IMG/VR virus record: IMGVR_UViG_3300031993_000055
Coordinates: 1-64,000 of that record
Length of the DNA stretch: 64,000 nucleotides
Origin: a virus
Taxonomy: Duplodnaviria > Caudoviricetes
Strand: one strand, 5' to 3'
Part shown: positions 39,727-50,526 of the stretch, piece after piece
Layout: the number at the start of each line of letters is the position of its first letter
Numbering within the stretch: position 1 is the stretch's first letter
The notes under the pieces: generated by a model
Told to the model about the DNA's origin: nothing
The model's input: the letters and a program-made list of their open reading frames with translations, nothing else
Databases searched by the model: none
Made by a program: the position numbers and the translations under genes

Positions 39727-40667
39727 TCGCTTATATTTTTAGGTTCGGGTGCAAAGGTACGAAGAATTTTTGAAATAGGAATTTTCTGTTTACTATTATC
39801 TAATTTATCTATGTTTTTATCTCAAATCAAGAGATAACGCTTCGTTTTCAGATAATTGTAAATAACTACTGATTATCAAGTAGTTACGCATTGAGAAGGG
39901 TGGTGTTTCGTGGTAATAATTATCTGAAAGCCAGATAATTCGTAACCGATTGACACACAGAACGTTAAGCAAGGTAAAACAGGTAATTATCTGAAAAAGC
40001 CGTTTTTCGGCAAAAGTTTTTCAAAACTGCAGAAATGTGAAATCTTATTTATGCGTCAAATCTCATCATACGTGCGCGGAACTCCTCGCACTCCACTACT
40101 TATGAAATAATAATCACAAATAAAGATAAATACTTGATTATCAATACTTTATATAATATATAGAGATAATTTTTATATTTTTCAAACCACTTTTGAATCT
40201 CAAAAAATTATAAATAACCCCGATTTTTATCTGTAAATAACTGATAATCAGTAAGTTATATATTATTTGCCGCATTTACAACAGCCAGATAACCTGATAA
40301 AAATCACCGCGAAAAGATGCGCGAAGAGAAGATAACTCGCTGATTATTTGTAAGTTACAAATCTTTTGCTTATCTTTGCCCCGAATAATCACTGAATGTA
40401 ATTTCTGAAAAAAGCGGCTTGCCGGGCGCGGCACATGCTAAATTCATTATTAGTCTATTTTTTATTTCCGCCGTGAGGCGCGAAGTTTTTATTCCGATGC
40501 TTTAACGCAGTGATGCGCGATAGTGTCAGTTTTTTCATAATGAAATTTTCCGGCCCCAAGTTGTAACTTTTTACTTATGGGCCGGTTTTTTTTGTGCGCC
40601 AGATTTTTAGCCCTTGTCAAAACGCCCTTTGGATTGTATCTTGCAGATGGTTTCAAACAAAAAGCTT

Positions 40668-41276
40668 ATGCACAAACAAGATTTAAAAGAGTACGGACGT
40701 TCTACGTTCTATGCCGTCGTCATTATTCTGGTGGCGGTATGTATTATTATGCTGATAAGCAGCTGTGGTACAACCAAAGAATCATCCTTCCTCGAGCAGC
40801 ATAAGATAAATACGCTGATGGAGCGTATGGACTCAGTCATCAAGACCAAAACTGTTGTTCAGCAGGACAGTGCCTGGCGAGAGACGATCCTGAGGCAGTT
40901 CCAGTCAATTCGCGAGAAGAGTGACACAAGTCACCATGTAGTCGTCGACTCTGCAGGTAAGATTATTAAGGAGACAACAGTTATTAATAATGTCCGCGAG
41001 ATCACCAGCGAGACTGACCGTCAGGAAATCCAGATACTTAGCCATCGCATTGAGATGATGGATTCCACGATGAGTATGATGCGGCAGCAGCTCGAAAGGT
41101 CGGACTCCCTGCTGCAGGCAAAGGAGACGGTCATCGAGAAGAAAGTCCCTGCAGACTTATCCTGGTGGCAACAGGCACGTATATGGCTCGGTAATCTGAT
41201 ACTGGTGGCCCTGCTTGTGGCAGCTGCTATCTGGGTAGTGAAGAAGAAGGCCTGGTGGTTAAGACTCTTACGCTGA
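40668..41276 (+). CDS. Lipoprotein, probable spanin (Rz-like)
   Basis: Hydrophobic signal ending LISSC (lipobox), a coiled coil, and a C-terminal TM segment (WWQQARIWLGNLILVALLVAAAIWVV). Confidence 0.65.
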   Translation: MHKQDLKEYGRSTFYAVVIILVAVCIIMLISSCGTTKESSFLEQHKINTLMERMDSVIKTKTVVQQDSAWRETILRQFQSIREKSDTSHHVVVDSAGKIIKETTVINNVREITSETDRQEIQILSHRIEMMDSTMSMMRQQLERSDSLLQAKETVIEKKVPADLSWWQQARIWLGNLILVALLVAAAIWVVKKKAWWLRLLR

Positions 41277-41539
41277 TGAAGACGCTTGCATTATCTGAGC
41301 TCAGGCTTGTGGCCGAGTGCTTCAACGGGAAGCATGAGCGCGTCCCATGGCGTGTTTGGTATGTAGCTGCCTCGAATGGTGACTACATCTGTGGCGAGGA
41401 ATGTATAACACTGGCTGTCGATGTCGACGGTCCTGGATCGTATCCTTCACGACTGGTGGAGTTTACTGCATCTGGACAGAGACGTCGCTTGCGCGACTGT
41501 TGTATCCTCCGTGCGAACGATTTTATACTTATAGTGTAA
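41255..41539 (+). CDS. Hypothetical protein
   Basis: 94-aa ORF overlapping the end of the spanin-like gene. Confidence 0.5.
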   Translation: MVKTLTLMKTLALSELRLVAECFNGKHERVPWRVWYVAASNGDYICGEECITLAVDVDGPGSYPSRLVEFTASGQRRRLRDCCILRANDFILIV

Positions 41540-41585
41540 TTTGTAACACACTTTTAAGAACCTTTAATATTTTATTTATATTTCC

Positions 41586-42047
41586 ATGCAACCAAAGAAG
41601 TTTTTACAGAAATTTGCTGCTGCAGTTACCAAGCGATGCGGCATTTGCCAGGCTACAGTAGAACAGGTTCTGCCTGCGGTGTTTGATGAGATCAGATGTC
41701 AGTTGGCCGAGAATAAATTCCCTTGTGTACCCATTGAGGGGTTTGGTACGTTTGCGGTGATTGATGTGCCCGAGCGCCAGCACCTCTACACGTATAAGGG
41801 TAAGAACGAGATGAAGACGCTGCCTGCCACCAAGCGACTCAAATTCCGTGCGGCCAAGAACCTGCGCCGCGAGGTGATTGACGAGCGACGCTTCAACCCG
41901 ACCAGAAAGAGCTTCAGCCGACATCCTCAGGATCCGCCTGTGCCCATGCGAAACAAGATGCTTTACCAGCCCAACAAGCATGGCATGAATAAGGGTGCAA
42001 CCACCTACGCCCAGCCCGATGACGACGATGACGACGGGCTGGCTTAA
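41586..42047 (+). CDS. HU/IHF-family DNA-binding protein
   Basis: VPIEGFGTFAV and LKFRAAKNLR signature motifs. Confidence 0.85.
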   Translation: MQPKKFLQKFAAAVTKRCGICQATVEQVLPAVFDEIRCQLAENKFPCVPIEGFGTFAVIDVPERQHLYTYKGKNEMKTLPATKRLKFRAAKNLRREVIDERRFNPTRKSFSRHPQDPPVPMRNKMLYQPNKHGMNKGATTYAQPDDDDDDGLA

Positions 42048-42269
42048 CTGCCAGCAGGTTCGTTGCTTTATGCAACAGAAAGCCCGGGGGCAGGACCCGA
42101 CTGCGATAGCCGAGCCCTGCTTTTATATTATATAATATGTATAGGGGCTGTTTTTATATACTCTTAGTTAAACAATATTAATTAATAAAGATATTACCTA
42201 AAATATTTGGAATTATAAAGATAATACCTTACCTTTGCAGCGAGTTAATAATTAAAGTTACAACAGGTA

Positions 42270-42782
42270 ATGGCAATGGAAAAAGTAAAGGTTACGAGCG
42301 ACACGCTCTATAAGTTCTTAATGGATCACGATGTAAAGCTGGTTTGTCTGGCCAAGTACGCGCAGCTTTCAGAAGCATCGGTAAACGTATGTTTTAAACA
42401 TTATCCTGGCACCAACGGCCAGCCGAGAGTTTTTACACAATCGGCACTCGATAAGATAAATATAGCACTTGTAAAAATAGCTAACGAATTACGAAATAGC
42501 ATCCTGGTGTTTAATAATGAGATGGCTGTTACAAATTCAAGAGGTAGCAGTTATGATGCTACTCTTATTGGACCTATCAAGCATATAGGTGAGTTTATTA
42601 ATATTACAGCACTTACCCAGAGGTTGTTGGGGTGGAGTAAAAAGAAGAAAGATAGTATTCTGGTATCTCCAACATCTAAGGTTTATGGAAATATAAGCGA
42701 GGCCGACGCTGCAGTGATTAATACAGAGATAATTACCATATCCGGTGTGTTTGAGTCTTATGAGGTAGTGTTAAACAGTTAA
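42270..42782 (+). CDS. Putative HTH regulator
   Basis: N-terminal LAKYAQLSEASVNVCF HTH-like segment; canonical TTTG/TACCTTTG promoter upstream. Confidence 0.4.
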   Translation: MAMEKVKVTSDTLYKFLMDHDVKLVCLAKYAQLSEASVNVCFKHYPGTNGQPRVFTQSALDKINIALVKIANELRNSILVFNNEMAVTNSRGSSYDATLIGPIKHIGEFINITALTQRLLGWSKKKKDSILVSPTSKVYGNISEADAAVINTEIITISGVFESYEVVLNS

Positions 42783-42789
42783 CACATTA

Positions 42790-45700
42790 ATGTTAAACTG
42801 TTAACAATTAAAATGTTAATTTAATAAGGTATTATATGTTAAATACATATACATAATTAACAATATATTAAATTATAGTTGAATATATTCAATTAAGCAG
42901 GTAAATGTTTTCACGTAAAACATTTACTTGTTTTTTATTCCTGTTTAAATATATTAAATTACTTCCAAGAGGTTTCTTATCCTGGATCGGAAACCTTTAA
43001 CGCGTTGTGCACCCCGCGCCTCGCTGGGGGCGGCGGCCTGTTTTCAGCACCGCCGCCGCCGTGCATATATGCCACAGCCACCACAGGAACACCGCCGCAG
43101 ATATAATAAGGAACGCAGCCACCACAGGAACACCGCCGCAGATGTAAAGAAAAGCGAAAGCGAAAGAACACCGCCAAAGATGCCACAGGAACACCACCAC
43201 CGCCAAAGATGCCGCCGCCGTTCCTGTTTTTGTGATTTGAAAAACATTAACACCACCACCACCAAAAAGCCGCCGTTTTGCTGCAAAGGTGAAAAATGTG
43301 TTCGCACACAAATCGGTTTTAAGCGTGGGCAAAAATGCAATATAAAGCAATACCACCGGAACACAGAAAACCAAACAGGAAGGAAAAGAATATAATAACC
43401 CTTGGTTATATATTATTTTTCTTCCTGTTTGAAACTTCCGATTTTTTTACATTTTGTCTTGATTAAAATTTTGGTTTAGGCATTAATATATATAAATATA
43501 TATATTAAAAGTTCGTTGTTTAGACAAAATCTAAATAATTTATTGCTTCGTTTTTGGTGGTGCTGCAAACAGGCCACCGCCGAAGCCGATGCCGATGCCA
43601 CCACCGCCGCCAAAGATGCCGCCGCCGTTCTGCGTTTCGATGTAAAGAAAAGCGAAAGCGAAAGCGAAAGAACACCACCGCCGATATAATAAGGAAAGCA
43701 CCACCGCCAAAGATGCCGCCGCCGTTTTCGTGCCTAAATAGGTATATAATAAGCAAATAAAAGTTATAAAAACGTCTAAATAGCTGAAAAACAGATAGTT
43801 ATAAAAAATTGATGTAAAGAAAACTTAACTAAAATTGATATAAATCAAGAAAATAAATAAAAAATAAAGAAAATACCTAATAAGGGAATAACGAATAAAG
43901 AAAATACCTAAATTTGCACCCGAAAACGTACCGAAACGGAACGCCGCCACCGCCGAAGCGAAACGCCGAAGCACAGGCCGATATAATAAACTCAATTTTC
44001 AAAACTCTAAAAATTTCAATTATGAAAAAGAACGTAACAAACGCCGCCGCCGCCGCACAGGCTGCCGCCGCACAGGGAACAAAAAACGCAGCAAACGCCG
44101 CCGAAGTAAAGAACGCCGCCACCGCTGCCGAAGTAAAGAACGCCGTAGAAAAGGCCGCCGCCGTTTTGGCCGCCGATGCTGCCGAAGCCGATGCAAAGGC
44201 AAAGGCACAGGCCGCCGCCGATGCCGCCGCCACCGCCGAAGCAAAGGCCGCCGAAATTGTGGCCAAAATAAGAAACGGCCAAGTCTCAACCAAACAGGCA
44301 CAGGCCGCCGCAGCATCTTCGGAAAAGGCCGCAGAACGTGCCGCCGCACGTTTGGCAAAGGCCGCAGAACGACACGAAAAGGCAAAGGCCGATTATTCTG
44401 CCGCCGATGCCGCACGTGTTTCGGCCACCACCACAAAGGCCGCCACCGATGCAATAAAGGCAAAGGGAAAGGCAAAGGCCGCAAAGGCCACCACCGCCGC
44501 CGATGTAAAGGCCGCAAAGGCCACCGCCACCGCCGCCGCAAAGGTAGCAAAAATGATACGACGTGCCGCCGATGCAAAGGCCGCCGCCGATGCAAAGTTA
44601 CAAGCCGAAGCACAGGCCGCCGCCGAAAAGGCTGCCGCCGTTTTACGTGCCGATGTAACAAAGGCACAGGCCGCCGCCGATGCCGATGCCACCGCCGCCA
44701 CCGCTGCCGCCGAAGATGCTGCCGAAGCAAAAAAGGCCGCAAAGGCTGCCGCCGAAAAGGCATACCGAAGCCGTGTTATTTTGGCCGAAGCACGAAATGC
44801 AAAGGCACAGGCCACCGCCGAAGATGCTGCCGTTTTGGCCGTAGATGCCGCCGAAAAGAACGCCGCCGCCGTTTTGGCTGCCGCCGCCGATGCCTTTGCA
44901 AAATTGAGAAAAGAAAAGGCATACAAAGATGCTTTTAAGGCCGCACACGCCGAAGCCTTTTCGCTTTCCCGTGCCTGTAAAGATGTTGTAAAAATGTGGA
45001 AAATTTACGTGCCGCTTTTTAATGCCGCCGCCGTTCCTGTAAAGGCCGAAGATATTTCGCCGAAGATGTTCGCACCCGAAGCCGTTTCGCCGTTCTTACT
45101 TTGCGCCACCACCACAGGCATTAAAATAGGTATGTTTGGCCGTAGCCATATAAACGCCGTAACATCTTGGAACGCCGAAAAGGCCGCCGTTCTTTTGATA
45201 ACTAACACAATTTTGCGCCGCCTTTGCGCCGCCGATGCTGCCGCCGCCGCCGCCGAAGCACGTCAATACGATTTAATTCTTTCCGCCGCAACCGCTTTAC
45301 AGGCTGCCGCCGCCGTAGATGCCGCACAGGCCGAAGCAAAGGCCGCCGCCGCCGATTTACAGGCAAAGGCCACCGATGCCACCGCCACCGATGCCGAAAT
45401 AATTGCCGCCGATGCAAAGGCAAAGGCCACCGCCGCCACCGCAAAACAGGAACGCCGCCGCCGTAGTGCTGCAAAGGCCACCGCCGCCGCCGCAAAGGCC
45501 GCCGCCGAAGATGCTGCCGCCGCCACCGCAAAGGCCGCACAGGCCGCAGCAAAGGCCACCAAAACGGCACAGACTGCCGCAGCATAAACGCCACCACAGG
45601 AACGCCGCCGCCGTGCGGCGTTCCGTTCTTTTCCCTGTAATATCGTAACTTTGGCCGTAGCGAAAACGGCACAGGGAACAAAGGCCGCCGCCGTTCCGAA

Positions 45701-46010
45701 ACGGAACGCCACAGGCCACAGGCCACCGCCGAAGCGAAACGCCGAAGCACAGGCCGCCACCACATAAACAGGAACGCAGCAAAGGCACAGGCCACCGCCG
45801 AAGCCGATGCCGCCGCCACAGGCCACAGGCGAAACGCAGCAAACGCCGCCACAGGCCACAGGCCGCAGCGAAACGCAAAAAAAACGTTTTGCCGCCGTTT
45901 CCCTTTTGTGCCTGTTTTCCACAGGCCACCGCCGCCACCGATGCCACAAAGGCACAGGCCGCAGCAAAGGCAACAGGAACGCAGCACGGCACACGAACGC
46001 CACACGGCGT
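42790..46010. other. Low-complexity, restricted-vocabulary segment (GCC/ACAGG repeats and A/T tracts)
   Basis: Abrupt compositional change from the flanks. It is dominated by GCCGCC, CCACC, GCAAAGGC and CACAGG, in both coding and non-coding parts. Confidence 0.9.
44022..45587 (+). CDS. Ala/Lys-rich low-complexity protein with a short unique core
   Basis: 521-aa open frame from MKKNVTNAAAA, with a TAAATTTG promoter box at about 43908 and an A-rich leader. The central ~100 aa (AFSLSRACKDVVKMWKIYVPLFN...LRRLC) is non-repetitive. Confidence 0.65.
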   Translation: MKKNVTNAAAAAQAAAAQGTKNAANAAEVKNAATAAEVKNAVEKAAAVLAADAAEADAKAKAQAAADAAATAEAKAAEIVAKIRNGQVSTKQAQAAAASSEKAAERAAARLAKAAERHEKAKADYSAADAARVSATTTKAATDAIKAKGKAKAAKATTAADVKAAKATATAAAKVAKMIRRAADAKAAADAKLQAEAQAAAEKAAAVLRADVTKAQAAADADATAATAAAEDAAEAKKAAKAAAEKAYRSRVILAEARNAKAQATAEDAAVLAVDAAEKNAAAVLAAAADAFAKLRKEKAYKDAFKAAHAEAFSLSRACKDVVKMWKIYVPLFNAAAVPVKAEDISPKMFAPEAVSPFLLCATTTGIKIGMFGRSHINAVTSWNAEKAAVLLITNTILRRLCAADAAAAAAEARQYDLILSAATALQAAAAVDAAQAEAKAAAADLQAKATDATATDAEIIAADAKAKATAATAKQERRRRSAAKATAAAAKAAAEDAAAATAKAAQAAAKATKTAQTAAA

Positions 46011-46578
46011 GACGTGTACGCCCAGACTGCGCAGGTACGCAAACACAGGAAGTGGAATTTTGCTAAAACGCGAAGCAGACGTGGACGAAATTTGAAGATC
46101 CGTTCTGCAAACCTATCGGCGAAAATTCCGAAGCTCGAAAAGAGTTACTTCCACAGGCTATCACATTTGCGAAATGCTTTGTGAGATGCCACTACTATGC
46201 AACTTATTGACACGGTTGCAGGCGGGTGCATTATGTGGTTGCACACGCTGGGCGCAAAAGAGTGTTGAAACATCACGCCGCCCTGTTATTGCTATTGCAA
46301 TCTTATAGGCAAACGGAGTCGGGCGGCTAAAACTATATGCCGCTTGGGTAAATACGACAGACGGACAGACTATCTGGGCCTGTATGACAGGACGAAATGT
46401 ATCTTAAGTGATACTACCAGAGAGGAGGTGGACAAGATATATCCGTATGCGTCTATATGCAACGCGGGTTCGCCTGGCTTGGTGTGCGTGAATGTACATC
46501 GGGTAAAAGAAATATGCACGTAGGCTGCAAACGTAGCGATACGGCATACGGAACTATAACCCCTAAATTTAAATCAAA

Positions 46579-46863
46579 ATGGCTACATTAAGAGATTTGT
46601 GTGCTAATGTCCCCTCAGCTATTGACCGTAAAGCGGTGGAGTATGAACTGATGCGCCGCAAAGCTATCAGCTATCAGAAGCGTATGGCATCGCTAAGCGC
46701 AGAGGATCGTGTGTTTGATGCGTGCAAGCAGTCGCGCCCAAGTAAGCGCAAAGTGCAGAACCGCTATAGCCGCGAAGAAGCTGGTACTATTGGTGCTATC
46801 ACTATGGGCATCCGTACAGGGGCATATAGTGTATGCGTCTGCAAGACTCAGAACAAATGGTAA
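46579..46863 (+). CDS. Early-region hypothetical protein
   Basis: First ORF of the plus-strand small-gene run; A-rich leader. Confidence 0.6.
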   Translation: MATLRDLCANVPSAIDRKAVEYELMRRKAISYQKRMASLSAEDRVFDACKQSRPSKRKVQNRYSREEAGTIGAITMGIRTGAYSVCVCKTQNKW

Positions 46864-46888
46864 AACTTAAAATATAGGAGATACAACT

Positions 46889-47131
46889 ATGGAAACAAAC
46901 AACAAGATGCAGGAAGAACTTGCACAAATCAGGGAGAATTATAACCAAGGGTTTATCACCGCTTTCGAGGCTATCAAGCTGACTATCGACACGCTTGAAC
47001 ACGCAGGCGAAGACATCGAGGACGAGGACGAGCGCGACGCATGGATGCAGACTGTGTACGCAAGTCATCGCGACTGCGAGCACTTCACGAAGGCATGGGA
47101 GGAAATCAGCGAACAATGGTATAACTTTTAA
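46889..47131 (+). CDS. Early-region acidic hypothetical protein
   Basis: 80 aa, ACAACTATG start context. Confidence 0.65.
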   Translation: METNNKMQEELAQIRENYNQGFITAFEAIKLTIDTLEHAGEDIEDEDERDAWMQTVYASHRDCEHFTKAWEEISEQWYNF

Positions 47132-47149
47132 CTATCGGGAGGATAAACT

Positions 47150-47608
47150 ATGACACATCGAGAGTTTATTGTGGTGGCCAAAGGTGGCCACGAAACACTA
47201 TTGGTTAGGGCGCCTCGCCCCGTAACGCTGGCCTATGCACGCAAGAACGCATGGCGTTGGACAAAGGTAGTAGACGAAGATAGTTTAGAGGAAGATGAAT
47301 ACGACGGCTATCTGTGCGACTATCGCCCTATGCGAGAGGAGGAGTGCGTGTTTGTGTATCCGTGGGATCGTGGACGCGAGGTGTATCTGCGCGAGCACGA
47401 TAACCAGCGGGTGTGTTGCTATCTGCCCGTTATGGACGTACTTTCAGGCATAGCTACTGGCGACAACACGCCTATGAAAGTGGCCAACAGTTTCGATACT
47501 GCATGGCATGAGTACGAGCTATACGCACGTATATTCGCCCAGCTGCGCAACGAGGGCTATATCAGTTTTGACTATAACGAGCCGAAAAACGGCTATCACT
47601 TTAATTAA
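47150..47608 (+). CDS. Early-region hypothetical protein
   Basis: 152 aa, AACTATG start context. Confidence 0.65.
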   Translation: MTHREFIVVAKGGHETLLVRAPRPVTLAYARKNAWRWTKVVDEDSLEEDEYDGYLCDYRPMREEECVFVYPWDRGREVYLREHDNQRVCCYLPVMDVLSGIATGDNTPMKVANSFDTAWHEYELYARIFAQLRNEGYISFDYNEPKNGYHFN

Positions 47609-47614
47609 ACCCTA

Positions 47615-47806
47615 TTGCCTATGGCAGAAGAATCGAGTTGTTTAATGTTGCAAATGCGTCCGAAGTTCCAAGAGCTTAGGGACAAGCGTACCTATACCGA
47701 GGTACATGTGAAACGCATCCTATTCGGCTTTGCCCGAGACTTAGGGTGTAAGTGGGACGACCAGCGCCTACGCGACTTTATTGAGACAGCCTTCGACTTT
47801 GATTAG
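47615..47806 (+). CDS. Early-region hypothetical protein
   Basis: 63-aa ORF packed in the operon. Confidence 0.5.
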   Translation: MPMAEESSCLMLQMRPKFQELRDKRTYTEVHVKRILFGFARDLGCKWDDQRLRDFIETAFDFD

Positions 47807-47861
47807 TCGGGGGCTGTTTTTGTTACCTATCTATCACAAACAATTTAAAACAACAAATAAA

Positions 47862-48095
47862 ATGAAAAAGTTATCTATAATCATCGGCAAGTTTGTATTG
47901 GCACTATCTTGCGCTATCGGCATAGCGTGCTTGTTGATAATAAACGAGTGGAACGACACGACCATTCTTGCATCGTTTTTGTTTGTGGGCATTATGTGCG
48001 CGCTGCTTCTCGGCCTGCTCGATATCGAGGACGAAGAGCCCAAGAAGCATCTGTCTATCAAGCGTGGCGCGCGCTCTATGCGCCAGGCAGCGTAA
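47862..48095 (+). CDS. Small membrane protein
   Basis: Two hydrophobic helices from MKKLSIII. Confidence 0.6.
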   Translation: MKKLSIIIGKFVLALSCAIGIACLLIINEWNDTTILASFLFVGIMCALLLGLLDIEDEEPKKHLSIKRGARSMRQAA

Positions 48096-48128
48096 AAACG
48101 AATATTAATCTCTAAAAATCACAGAATT

Positions 48129-48320
48129 ATGGCAAACATGAAAGTTATGGCAAGCACCGCCAAGAAGAGTGCAAAGAAAGCTGCTGTTGTATCTATGGCA
48201 GCAGTGGCTATGCAGGCAGCTATTGCAGACCTGAAAGCAGAGTTTGGTAATGATTATATCCCTATGGACGGGACTGTTCTGACCTATACCTACAATCCGT
48301 TCGACGGAATGTTGGCCTAA
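48129..48320 (+). CDS. Early-region hypothetical protein
   Basis: 63 aa, GAATTATG start context. Confidence 0.55.
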   Translation: MANMKVMASTAKKSAKKAAVVSMAAVAMQAAIADLKAEFGNDYIPMDGTVLTYTYNPFDGMLA

Positions 48321-48729
48321 ACTATGGGAGGCTGGAGTATGAAAGATAAGCTTATCTATGCCTTGTTGTTATTGGGCATAATCGTGTGCGCTGCGGTAGT
48401 GGTGTGGGCGGTATACGAGACAGTAGTGTATAACATCGAAAAATTGAGTTGACTATGGCAAAGACTGTCAAGATTGCGCCTGACCTCGAGGAGATTAAGC
48501 GCGAGGAGAATGTGTTCAGCTGCGAGTTTAACGGCATGGCTATACGCTGGGCTATCGCAGACGACTGCAAGAATATGAGCTCCGACACTGAGCAGAACCT
48601 GAAGAAGTGGCTGTAAAATGCTATCGGTATGAGCGGTAAGCTATGGCAGGTGCCATGGCTCTTGAATAAGAACCTGCCGTTTGCGAGCGAGGTGTATGTG
48701 AATAATGAGAAAGTGGACTATCCTAAAGA

Positions 48730-48996
48730 GTGAAGACGATGTTTGCAATCTATCGAAAAGATGTGGGCGGTCGCGTGGTCGATCGCTACTTCAAAGACTA
48801 TAATGCTGCCAAGACAGAGCTGAATCACGACGTGGAACGTATGTGCGACCTGGGCGGCAAAGTGACTGAACGTATCGACCGATTTAATTCGGCCAAAGGC
48901 TTCTATGAGTATGAGGTGCGTATGCAGCTGGCTAACGGCGAGAAGTGCTCGCACGCTCTGATTGACGGCTATTTCGAGGATAACCCTGATGCTTAA
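48730..48996 (+). CDS. Early-region hypothetical protein
   Basis: 88-aa ORF. Confidence 0.55.
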   Translation: MKTMFAIYRKDVGGRVVDRYFKDYNAAKTELNHDVERMCDLGGKVTERIDRFNSAKGFYEYEVRMQLANGEKCSHALIDGYFEDNPDA

Positions 48997-49190
48997 CGAT
49001 TATGAACGAAGGATTATTTCCAGATCCCCGGGAGTGGCGTGGTCCGTCATTTCGTCCAGACCCTATGGCTAAAACTGTCAGTGAGGTCTATGCCGACTAT
49101 CAGCGTTGGCAAGAAGAGGATACATCACGCAGTAATGTGTCCTTCGAGGAGTATCTGAAGACCGAGGTGTGTAACTAAGCATATACGACT

Positions 49191-49973
49191 ATGGAGACAA
49201 GAAAGCGTATTTATCGCGGCAAGTATGAGCTAAGTCGCATATCGGTGCCACCAAGCGTGGCAGAGTATATCATGAGCAAGCGGGAGATGCTGCGCGACAA
49301 GCAGGCCCGCAAGCTCTACGAGGAACTGAAAGAGGAGTACCGCGTGACGACAGACTATAGCGACTGCCGTCGGTTGCAGTATCTATACGAGTTGTTCTGG
49401 GTGCTGGGCAGTGCTACGAGCATCAGCGTGCGCAAGGTGGACGAGCAGGAGTGCATCCCAACCGACTATCTGGAGCGTGAGGACTCTACGTGGGGATTCG
49501 ACAAGGTGCAGCCCTGCTGGGTGCTATCGCTGCAGGTTGACGTAAGTAAGGAGCAGCGCGAGCAGTACCCGCAGCTGGAGGCTATCGTGGAGAAGAAGAT
49601 GCGGAGCTTTAAGACCGACTTCTACTTTCATGACATGATGACTATGAGCCGAGAGTTGTGCCGCCGACCGCTGCTATGGACTGTGAGTACAAGCCACACC
49701 TTTATCGAGGTGCACGAGGCTGAGGGCGAGGCCGAGGCATGGGTGAACTGCGACGACAGAGAGCGTATGCGAAAGTTTACCTATGGCGGCGAGGATGACA
49801 CATGGATGGGGGCTGCGCTGCGCGTATCGTGCGGCCAGGACGACCTCTACTACTATCACGACGGGGCACAGCTACACAAGGTGAGCCGCGAGAAGTTCAA
49901 GGCTATCCACGACAATCATGTGGAGCGAGTGCGCCAGCTTATCAGAGAACAGTTAGAACGTAAAGCAGCTTGA
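49191..49973 (+). CDS. Early-region hypothetical protein
   Basis: 260 aa, ACGACTATG start context. Confidence 0.7.
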   Translation: METRKRIYRGKYELSRISVPPSVAEYIMSKREMLRDKQARKLYEELKEEYRVTTDYSDCRRLQYLYELFWVLGSATSISVRKVDEQECIPTDYLEREDSTWGFDKVQPCWVLSLQVDVSKEQREQYPQLEAIVEKKMRSFKTDFYFHDMMTMSRELCRRPLLWTVSTSHTFIEVHEAEGEAEAWVNCDDRERMRKFTYGGEDDTWMGAALRVSCGQDDLYYYHDGAQLHKVSREKFKAIHDNHVERVRQLIREQLERKAA

Positions 49974-50151
49974 GCTATGATTACGAGATTGAAGCTCTTT
50001 AATGGCCGCGTGGTGGTCATCGAGCAAACATGTACGGCTATCCGTGCCCGCTATGAGGGCGAGGATGAGAGCAAGAACATCACTACGGAGAAATACGTGG
50101 AGTTAGTGAGTAATGGTACGCCTATCGGAGGTATTGATTGAACATTGACCA

Positions 50152-50523
50152 TTGAACATTATGGCAAACAAGTATCACATCTATGTGGGCGGTACGTACG
50201 ACGTAAACACCCACACCTCAAGCGGTGGCACTCTCGACGCTACGTTCGACACAGAGCGAGAGGCGTTCTACCATGAGAAGAAACTGCAATGGGAGTTTAA
50301 GAAAGGCATATATATGGTGTGCGATGGCGACGAGCGGTTTATGATCGAGCCCGTTATCCTGGACGGCGAGCAGCACTATAGCATCACCGACAAGCGCACA
50401 CAGAGCAACTGCTACGGCCTGTGCCGCACGATGCAGGAAGCTATCGAGGCAAAGGAGTGGTGCGAAAAGTACCACTACGAGCATTGGTATAAGGAGTATT
50501 ACGACCAATTTAAAGCAGCATGA
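50152..50523 (+). CDS. Early-region hypothetical protein
   Basis: 123-aa ORF. Confidence 0.6.
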   Translation: MNIMANKYHIYVGGTYDVNTHTSSGGTLDATFDTEREAFYHEKKLQWEFKKGIYMVCDGDERFMIEPVILDGEQHYSITDKRTQSNCYGLCRTMQEAIEAKEWCEKYHYEHWYKEYYDQFKAA

Positions 50524-50526
50524 GGT

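Noticed and set aside
42977-46184. Multiple overlapping Arg-, Gly- or Cys-rich ORFs in the low-complexity segment
   Set aside because: GCC repeats lack stops in several frames. Only 44022-45587 has a promoter and a proper start context.
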